Positions 25,184 to 32,000 of a DNA stretch of 32,000 nucleotides are shown piece after piece. The position numbers and the translations under genes were made by a program. Each line of letters begins with the position of its first letter. Within the stretch, counting starts at the first letter, position 1. The notes beneath the pieces were generated by a model that was given only the letters and a program-made list of their open reading frames with translations, did no database searches and was not told the origin of the DNA. The DNA comes from Acaryochloris thomasi RCC1774 (GTDB lineage: Bacteria; Cyanobacteriota; Cyanobacteriia; Thermosynechococcales; Thermosynechococcaceae), in NCBI RefSeq assembly GCF_003231495.1, contig NZ_PQWO01000021.1, forward strand, positions 1-32,000, written 5' to 3'.

Positions 25184-27934
25184 CTAGGGGCTTGTTGGGG
25201 GGGTGCCTTCAGACGTGCGTTGCTGGTCTCCCAGCACTTGATGAAACAGTCCCTTTGTCGCTTCATTCACAAATAGAGGTAACACTGCACTCAGAACAAT
25301 CAAGCATTCATCTCCACCGCTAATGGAGCTAATGTTGAGCAATAATCGGAGTCCTGGAATCATTAATACTAGTAACTGCAGACTAAATGAGAATACTAAA
25401 GCTGAAGCCAAATAGAGGTTCGGTGGTAGTGATTCTTTGCTGAAAATTCCCAGTGTGCTTGAGCGGCAGCTCAGTGCATGGAGGAGTTGCGCTGAAGTCA
25501 GGCTTAAGAATCCGAGGGTTGTAGCATGGGGGCCAATTCCATATTGGTTAACTGCGTAACTGTAGGTTGCCAGAGCGCTAATTGAAATAATCAGTGCCTC
25601 AAATAGCATTCGCTTGAGATCGGCAGCCCGCAGCAACGATTCGCTCGGATCGCGGGGCGGTAAATTAAGAACGCCTGCCTCTGGCGGCTCTAAGGCTAGC
25701 GCGAGTCCAGGAAAAATGTCGGTGATTAAGTTCAGCCACAGAAGCTGAAGGGCATTTAAGGGCTGTCCTAAAGCGGCCCCCGTCGCCAGCAGCATGACCA
25801 GGATTTCGCTCAAATTGGTTGATAGTAGGAAGTGGATGGCTTTGCGAATGTTGCTATAGATCGTGCGGCCCCGGCTAATGGCCGTAATTAAAGTGGCAAG
25901 GTTGTCATCTGCCAATACGACATCTGCGACTTCACGGGCTAAGTCAGTCCCCGTATTGCCCATTGCAATGCCGATATCTGCCGCCTTTAGCGCTGGAGCG
26001 TCATTGATCCCATCTCCGGTCATGGCGACGACGCGACCGGTTTGCTGGAGGGCTTGGACAATCTGCAGCTTATTAGTAGGGCTGATGCGAGCAAACCCAT
26101 GAACCGCGCAATCGCTCAAGTCGAGATCACTCTCGTCAAGATTATTTGCATCTAGGATCTGCAGTGGCTGGTCCTGGCTGAGGTTTAAGGTTTGCCCCAC
26201 TGCATAGGCTGTTGGATGCTGGTCTCCGGTGAGCATCATCGTGTCAACACCGGCCTGATGAAAGGTTTTGATCGCGCCACCGATGCCTTGCCGGATTGGG
26301 TCTGTCATCCCGACTAATCCCAGCCAGACAATGGTGTTGGGGGCAATCAACGACTCCGTTTTGCCTTTGGATTCACAGGTTGATAGGCGATAGGCGATGC
26401 CTAGGACTCGCAGCGCTTGTCCCGCCATCTTTTGATTGGCATCCGCGATACTTTGACGATCTGCATCACTAAGAACGACTTGGGTTCCGGCTTCGAGCCG
26501 CCATTGACAAAGCCTTAAGACTTCGTTCGGGTTACCTTTGACGGCGATTAATTGTTGATCAGTTTTCTTTGCTGTGTGTAGGGTTGCCATGTAGTTGCGA
26601 TCGCAACTTCGATACTGCGTCACCAACCGAGGCAGCGTTTTTCTTAGATCAGACACATCAACCCCAGCCCGAATCGCTAGCTCAACCAGCGCCTTTTCTG
26701 TAGAGCTTCCGGCCAGACTTTCGATCTCATTGCTCCCATTCACATCCGTTTCATTACAGAGGACTAGGACTTTTAACAGTAACTGAAGGTCATCAGAGTT
26801 TAAAGGCTGGATGGGATGGTCTCCGTTCAGCCAATCCCCATCACTGACCTGAATCGTTCGGTTGTCGGCAAAGAGTTCCACCACCGACATCGTATTTTCA
26901 GTCAGGGTGCCCGTTTTATCAAGGCAGAGAGACTGCATCGATCCCAATGCTTCCACCGCTTCTAAGCGACGAATCAGAACCTTCTGGCGGCGCATTTCTA
27001 AAATGCCTAGCGCCAAGGTCGTGGTTGCTACAGCAGGCAGTCCTTCCGGGACAGCGGCCACGGCAAGGGCGATAGAAGTTTTCAGCATCTGCAGCAGTCC
27101 GTAGCCGCGCAGCAAGCCTAGGCCAAAGATGACGAGACACACTCCGCTAGAGACATAAACCAGCAAGTTGCCCACCTGATCAAGCTGCTGCTCCATGGGC
27201 GTGGGAGAGGCAAGGGTGGTGCCCACTAACATCTGAATTCGCCCGATTTCGGTAGCCGTTCCGGTGGCGACCACGACGGCCAGACCCTGTCCCCCGGTGA
27301 CCAGGGTTCCTTTGTAGACCATGTTGTTGCGATCGCCCAGCACCGCCACCGCATTTGCAAGACCGTCGGTGATTTTTTGGACCGGCAGACTTTCCCCCGT
27401 CAGGACGGACTCATCGATACTCAGGCGCTCTGTTTCAATCAGACGAGCATCCGCTGCCACAACGCTCCCTGGCTTCAAACTCAACATATCTCCAGGAACA
27501 ACGTTTTGGATGTTGATCCCGATCAATATCCCATTGCGTACTACCTGAGCTGTATATTCGGTTCGATCCTTCAGGGATTGAATGATCCGTTCAGACTGGC
27601 TTTCGGTGGTGTACCCAATCACTGCATTAATCAAGACCACGACCATAATCACAATGGCGTCAGTGTGCCCCCCCGTTAAGAAGGAAAGGACCGCTGCAAC
27701 GCTTAATAAGACAACAGGCAGCGTTTGAAATTGTTCGACCAAAATACTCAAGCGTGACCGTGGTTGAGCATCTGGCTGACGGTTGGGACCATACTGTTCC
27801 AGAGATTGCTGAACCTTCTCACTGGACAGTCCCTGATTCCGGTTGACTTGCCAGTGCTTGAGAACAGCATCGGTAGTCTGACAGTGCCAGGGTGCTGGTG
27901 CGAGATTTGGGACGCTGAGACGGGGTGACTTCAC
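25184..27934 (-). CDS. P2-type cation-transporting P-type ATPase (Ca2+/Na+-type)
   Basis: 916 aa. DKTGTLTEN phosphorylation site, TGES-like LTGESLP, PEGLPAV in M4, and hinge MTGDGINDAPALKAADIGIAMG. GTG start. Confidence 0.92.
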   Translation of the reverse strand: MKSPRLSVPNLAPAPWHCQTTDAVLKHWQVNRNQGLSSEKVQQSLEQYGPNRQPDAQPRSRLSILVEQFQTLPVVLLSVAAVLSFLTGGHTDAIVIMVVVLINAVIGYTTESQSERIIQSLKDRTEYTAQVVRNGILIGINIQNVVPGDMLSLKPGSVVAADARLIETERLSIDESVLTGESLPVQKITDGLANAVAVLGDRNNMVYKGTLVTGGQGLAVVVATGTATEIGRIQMLVGTTLASPTPMEQQLDQVGNLLVYVSSGVCLVIFGLGLLRGYGLLQMLKTSIALAVAAVPEGLPAVATTTLALGILEMRRQKVLIRRLEAVEALGSMQSLCLDKTGTLTENTMSVVELFADNRTIQVSDGDWLNGDHPIQPLNSDDLQLLLKVLVLCNETDVNGSNEIESLAGSSTEKALVELAIRAGVDVSDLRKTLPRLVTQYRSCDRNYMATLHTAKKTDQQLIAVKGNPNEVLRLCQWRLEAGTQVVLSDADRQSIADANQKMAGQALRVLGIAYRLSTCESKGKTESLIAPNTIVWLGLVGMTDPIRQGIGGAIKTFHQAGVDTMMLTGDQHPTAYAVGQTLNLSQDQPLQILDANNLDESDLDLSDCAVHGFARISPTNKLQIVQALQQTGRVVAMTGDGINDAPALKAADIGIAMGNTGTDLAREVADVVLADDNLATLITAISRGRTIYSNIRKAIHFLLSTNLSEILVMLLATGAALGQPLNALQLLWLNLITDIFPGLALALEPPEAGVLNLPPRDPSESLLRAADLKRMLFEALIISISALATYSYAVNQYGIGPHATTLGFLSLTSAQLLHALSCRSSTLGIFSKESLPPNLYLASALVFSFSLQLLVLMIPGLRLLLNISSISGGDECLIVLSAVLPLFVNEATKGLFHQVLGDQQRTSEGTPPTSP

Positions 27935-28087
27935 TCAGATAAGGGCAAACGATAGGTAATTTAAAACTTGAAAGCTAGCACTTTGATCTGACCCGTCACA
28001 AAATGCCAGACAACTTGGCTTTTACATGATAGAGCGCAGCGTCATCTGGCATCCTAGCCTCAAATTGTCAGTCCTGAATTGAAGCAC

Positions 28088-29173
28088 TTAGCTGACCGCA
28101 GCTAGAGTGGTGGGGGTCGGAGGCTTGACCTTGCCTTGTGACCGGGCACGGTAGAGCTTCGCTAACCGTTGTTCGTGGTTTGCTAAATCTCGCTCAACCT
28201 CTTCTAAAAGCAGCACAGTCTGAGGATCAGTGAGTTGACTACGCAGATGATGGAGATCGACCACACCCGTCTGGATGTCTCCCAGCGCCCGACGCATAAT
28301 CGACATCGGATTGCTGGACTGCAGCCAGCCTTGAAGGGCCGCATAGGCTTCACTACCGACAGCTTGCCAAGTAACCCTTTCCTTGAAAGCATCAAATAGG
28401 CGAGCTTCTAGGCGTTCGACATGATAGTGCTTGGTCGAGCTAACGCCCTGCAAAAATTGCCGCAGCTCTGGGTCTGAGACGCGGTTGCTATATTGCATGA
28501 ATGCTTCCTGGGTATAGCGTTCGCCCATAATGGCGGTGTTCAGCGCTTGGATGAGTTCTTGCTTGCTGGAACCGCCCCAGGCTTCACCCAGTTTCCAGCA
28601 GTCATAGGTGAGATCAAGAGTTTCTGGCAATACTGTACCCTTAATCTTTAACCCTAGTGAATTGAGAATCATCGCAGTGAACAGAGGCAAATCACCCGAT
28701 TGTCTGGCTGTGATTAAATGCTCATCTATGACGACGGCCTTATTCTCATAAATCCCACCCGCATTGAGAATATCTCTGCGAATGGAACGAATCCCTGTCG
28801 CATGTTTGCCCTGCAGTTGCTCGGCCTCAATGAGGACCTGTGGACCATAACCAATGGCGGCCACAAGTTTGCGCTGCATGAGCGCAAGTTTTACTATGTG
28901 GACCACATTAGGATTGGTGCGGATGTGGCCGACGGGAATGATGATGGCATCAAAGTCCTCAGCTCTGACCTCAGTGGGGGTTGAGTCTGGGCGAACTGAG
29001 ACGGTGCCATGCCGACCTTTATATTCCTCGTTCATTCGAGACCCGAGGATTGTGACTGCGGCTCCTGCTTTACGCAGTGCAGTATTTGGCACTTGGAACA
29101 TTGCGTCTTCAAACTGGTCCTCTAGCAAGATAGCAATTTGTTTTTTATAGGTTTCTGTATTAATCGATGACAT
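28088..29173 (-). CDS. DJ-1/PfpI-like domain (nucleophile Cys absent) fused to a ferritin-like four-helix domain
   Basis: The N-terminal ~185 aa have the PfpI layout (IAILLEDQFEDAMF..FDAIIIPVG..VAAIGYGPQVLIEA), with G-Y where PfpI has C-H. The C-terminal ~170 aa is helical with E/H-containing repeats (MGERYTQEAF, KHYHVERLEARL, LEEVERDLANHEQRL). Confidence 0.7.
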   Translation of the reverse strand: MSSINTETYKKQIAILLEDQFEDAMFQVPNTALRKAGAAVTILGSRMNEEYKGRHGTVSVRPDSTPTEVRAEDFDAIIIPVGHIRTNPNVVHIVKLALMQRKLVAAIGYGPQVLIEAEQLQGKHATGIRSIRRDILNAGGIYENKAVVIDEHLITARQSGDLPLFTAMILNSLGLKIKGTVLPETLDLTYDCWKLGEAWGGSSKQELIQALNTAIMGERYTQEAFMQYSNRVSDPELRQFLQGVSSTKHYHVERLEARLFDAFKERVTWQAVGSEAYAALQGWLQSSNPMSIMRRALGDIQTGVVDLHHLRSQLTDPQTVLLLEEVERDLANHEQRLAKLYRARSQGKVKPPTPTTLAAVS

Positions 29174-29202
29174 GGGGTTGACCTCTTACTCATATTTGGT
29201 TG

Positions 29203-29553
29203 CTAACTGAAACGGAGAATGGTTTGATTCCCGCTGTGATCAATAATTTCAAGCGCGACGACCTCGCCTGCATCATCTTTGGCGACCCAAACTGCATTAG
29301 GTTCTGTGACTGTATGGGAATAGGCCAATGCATCATGACCGATCGCGATCATGACATCGTTGCCTTTGTTCTCCGGCTCATAGGTAATCGAAGCCAATGG
29401 CGACTGTTTGATAAGGGGTTCGTCCCCCATTTCTTTGTCTGCCACTTCAAGGCTGAGGATCCGTTCACTGTTAGTCTTCGTAAACTGATCAAAAAACGTT
29501 GACCACTGCTCTTGGGGAATTTGCTGTGTCTCTTGAATCGTCTGCTTGCTCAT
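29203..29553 (-). CDS. DUF5335-family protein
   Basis: 116 aa. QEQWSTFFDQFTK..LSLEV..PLASITYEP..VMIAIG..HTVTEPNAVWV..ALEIIDHSGNQTILRF matches my memory of the DUF5335 pattern. Confidence 0.6.
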   Translation of the reverse strand: MSKQTIQETQQIPQEQWSTFFDQFTKTNSERILSLEVADKEMGDEPLIKQSPLASITYEPENKGNDVMIAIGHDALAYSHTVTEPNAVWVAKDDAGEVVALEIIDHSGNQTILRFS

Positions 29554-29730
29554 GATTGCTCTCCCTCGAAACCACTAGCCATCACTGACTACTGTGGGAT
29601 TCATCACCTGTACGATAGAGCGGAAACTTGTGATCTTTGTGAGGGGGTTGGCTAAAGTGAATTGAGAAACGGCACCTAAGATGTATTTGTTGTCCTCTAG
29701 CTAGCTGGAGAAACAATCTGCGTTTGAAAC

Positions 29731-30552
29731 TCAAGATGCTCCTAACCGACCCTTTGTTGTGATGAGCAGTCCAGAGACGGAGACACCAAGAACCACAGTC
29801 ATCACAACTAGAAGTGACTGGTATGAGCTGCCGCGTAGTGCTTCTTCGGGAACTAAGAGCAGCAGACCGTTCGCTGCGTTGTAGCTGGCGTGCAGAATAA
29901 TGCACAACAGGACGCTGCCTGTTCGATTAATCAGCCAGGTGTACCAGAAGGCATGTGTTGTAATGCTGACTAGTGTGACCCCGGCAATCAATAAGATCTG
30001 GGTGGTTGAGATCGCACCACTCGCCACATCAGGATTAATCGCCAATAGCGGCAGATGCCAGAAGGCCCAGACTAGACCCAGAACACAGGTGGCAACGACA
30101 GGACTGCAACGTCGTTGTAGTGCGGGCAACCCAAACCCACGCCAGCCCGGTTCCTCATTTCCACCCCCAGCGACTGTGAGGAACAGGAGAGTGGGCAGAT
30201 AGGCCGTCAGCCGATCCGACAAAACTGTAAAATCGAGCGAATTGCCAAGCAGTAGATAAACTAGCGAAACGATCGCGATCAGGACAATCGGATAGCCAAA
30301 GGCGAAGAGATACCAGCCTGGATTCAACCGCCATTTGAAGAGGCTCATACCCCAAGCTTTCAGCGATCGACCCTGCTCTTTCAGAACAATACTCGCTGCC
30401 ACTAAGGGGCCAAAGCTGCCCAATGTATAAAAAACTGTGGCTACCGTTTCATTGAATACAAGGGGAGCAATGAGCCAAGATATCCATGAGAAGAGATAGC
30501 TAAATATTGAGAACCATAAGAAAGGTTTGCGGCGGATGAAACGATACGTCAA
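29731..30552 (-). CDS. CPBP-family intramembrane glutamic endopeptidase (CAAX/Abi-like)
   Basis: Polytopic. Motif 1 GGNEEPGWRGF (EExxxR), motif 2 AFWHLP (FxxxH), motif 3 HASYNA (HxxxN). TTG start. Confidence 0.85.
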   Translation of the reverse strand: MTYRFIRRKPFLWFSIFSYLFSWISWLIAPLVFNETVATVFYTLGSFGPLVAASIVLKEQGRSLKAWGMSLFKWRLNPGWYLFAFGYPIVLIAIVSLVYLLLGNSLDFTVLSDRLTAYLPTLLFLTVAGGGNEEPGWRGFGLPALQRRCSPVVATCVLGLVWAFWHLPLLAINPDVASGAISTTQILLIAGVTLVSITTHAFWYTWLINRTGSVLLCIILHASYNAANGLLLLVPEEALRGSSYQSLLVVMTVVLGVSVSGLLITTKGRLGAS

Positions 30553-30665
30553 CTTGTTTCCTATTGGTAAAGATATGCCAGATCATCAGGCTCTCAGTCC
30601 TTTGCTGATCGAGGGCTATAGCTCTACGCTAAGACCAACCAATGAGGAACTTGTGAGGTTTGGAT

Positions 30666-31037
30666 CTAGGAATCGTGCTTAAAGTGATACAGCCGATTAG
30701 AGTAGCTTCTCATCACTTCGACTGCGAACATTGGGGTATTCTCAATTGCGAACAGAAAGTGGCGTTGGTCGAGAGAGGCGAGTTTACAGTCTGTCTTTGC
30801 GATCGCAGTAGATTGCCTTTTATGGTCAACATGCACCAAAGCACCTGCGCCAAATATATCGCCACTGTCAATGGTTTCTAAGACGTTACCATCGACCAAT
30901 ATCTCAACTTTTCCCTCTAGAATGCCGTACATCACCTTGCCCGTTTCTCCTTCAGAGAAAATCGTATCGCCTGCAGTAAAAGCCTGAGAATCAGGCTGTT
31001 TTTGCAGAATTTCGATAGTCTCTACGGGCTTCAACAT
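30666..31037 (-). CDS. Stand-alone cyclic-nucleotide-binding domain protein
   Basis: 123 aa. FSEGETGKVMYGILEGKVEI..GDIFGAGALV..RQSTAIAKTDCKL follows the cNMP-binding beta-barrel pattern. Confidence 0.8.
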   Translation of the reverse strand: MLKPVETIEILQKQPDSQAFTAGDTIFSEGETGKVMYGILEGKVEILVDGNVLETIDSGDIFGAGALVHVDHKRQSTAIAKTDCKLASLDQRHFLFAIENTPMFAVEVMRSYSNRLYHFKHDS

Positions 31038-31453
31038 AGTTTCCTCGATTGAATGTCATTTCAATATCGATAGTACTGACCAACATAAGGGCAATGATCC
31101 AAGCTTTGAGTTAAGCATCGGTTAAAGAATTTTCGCCTCAAGGTGATTCTCCCAGGGATCAATGCCCAAAAATTAGATATCCAAGCCAGTCAGAACAATC
31201 TCTTCATTGCGGGGCATTTATACGAATCAAGCTAAAACCAGGATCAAAAGAATGTTCGATCTGATTTTTTTGTGGGTGAGTTTCACCAGACAATGCATAC
31301 GCTTACTAGTGCTGAAATCCGAAGAAGCTGAGCGAGATGACTATTACTGCAGTGATCCCTTCATATGATCCTCAACTTTGACCGCTATTCTCTATTGTGA
31401 AAAGCGCTATTGATTGCCACTTAATAAACCCAATTTAAGACCTGAGGTTCCCC

Positions 31454-31678
31454 ATGAATCATTGCCCGATTTGCTCAAATGACCTCCTGCGTCACATCGG
31501 CCATGGCCACATTTACTGGTTCTGTCCCCACTGTTGGCAAGAGACTCCCAATCTGGAGAGCTTTGAACCTAGGCAAGGGAAAATGCAAAGGTCTCAAACC
31601 GGCGATCGGCCATTGCGATTGCTAGAGTCTCACCTCAGTCGCAAAGCAGAGGCCCTTATTGCCCTGTCTAGCCGTTGA
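31454..31678 (+). CDS. Small Zn-ribbon protein
   Basis: 74 aa. CPIC-x17-CPHC (MNHCPICSNDLLRHIGHGHIYWFCPHCWQ). Confidence 0.5.
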   Translation: MNHCPICSNDLLRHIGHGHIYWFCPHCWQETPNLESFEPRQGKMQRSQTGDRPLRLLESHLSRKAEALIALSSR

Positions 31679-31709
31679 ACATCTCATTCCAAAATTTACA
31701 GAGACATGA

Positions 31710-31964
31710 GTGATGATTCCCACTTACAAGCAACCCTTAACCAAAGAGTTTGAAGACCTCCGACAAGCTACAAACCATTTAGTTGATCAGCTTGCCCGTC
31801 GTGACGAAGCATGCGAGAGTACCACACCGACATCGCAAAGCAGATGGATACCTGCGATAGAGCATACAGAAAAGGATCCTGAACTGCTTTACAAGCTGAT
31901 CAAAAAGTCAGGGTATTTTTGTACATTACGTCGTAGACAGCGCCATATTTTTCCCCAAGCCTAG
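31710..31964 (+). CDS. Hypothetical protein
   Basis: 84-aa ORF (GTG 31710 / ATG 31713). No motif recognised. Confidence 0.35.
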   Translation: MMIPTYKQPLTKEFEDLRQATNHLVDQLARRDEACESTTPTSQSRWIPAIEHTEKDPELLYKLIKKSGYFCTLRRRQRHIFPQA

Positions 31965-32000
31965 CCTCAATATTTTGTGGAGGAAATCTCCCATGCTCAA

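Noticed and set aside
1-32000. Search for CRISPR arrays, rRNA, tRNA, tmRNA and long tandem repeats
   Set aside because: I found no regularly spaced direct repeats and no rRNA- or tRNA-like sequence by eye. A tRNAscan/Infernal run would be needed to be definitive.

Overview
This looks like a cyanobacterial chromosome segment. I count about 24 copies of the HIP1 octamer GCGATCGC, and DUF2949, DUF4278 and pentapeptide-repeat genes are present.

Left part (minus strand): a decayed IS630 transposase copy and an rsgA C-terminal remnant split by a 144-bp MITE-like element. These are followed by a NiFe-hydrogenase maturation block, in transcription order endopeptidase-hypA-hypB-hypF-hypC. An orphan groEL paralogue (no groES) and a DUF2949 gene lie upstream of that block.

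Middle (plus strand): a secreted protein, a UbiA prenyltransferase, a UPF0175/DUF3368-PIN toxin-antitoxin pair, an HTH protein and a frameshifted YhaV toxin. Next comes a ~2.7-kb low-GC, HIP1-free cassette with two overlapping ORFs (429 and 299 aa). I cannot assign either ORF to any family. This cassette is my best candidate for an undescribed system, possibly defence or addiction. It is followed by nifJ (PFOR) and a persulfide/sulfite-handling cluster: ETHE1-like dioxygenase, YgaP-like rhodanese, TauE, Trx-like protein, ArsP/DUF318 permease and a split YeeE/YedE.

Right part: DUF4278, a pentapeptide-repeat protein, a P-type ATPase, a DJ-1/PfpI-like pseudoenzyme fused to a ferritin-like domain, DUF5335, a CPBP protease, a cNMP-binding protein and small Zn-ribbon/hypothetical ORFs.

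A conserved 26-45 nt element recurs upstream of several plus-strand genes, including nifJ. I found no rRNA, tRNA or CRISPR array. All homology statements come from reading the translations, not from database searches.
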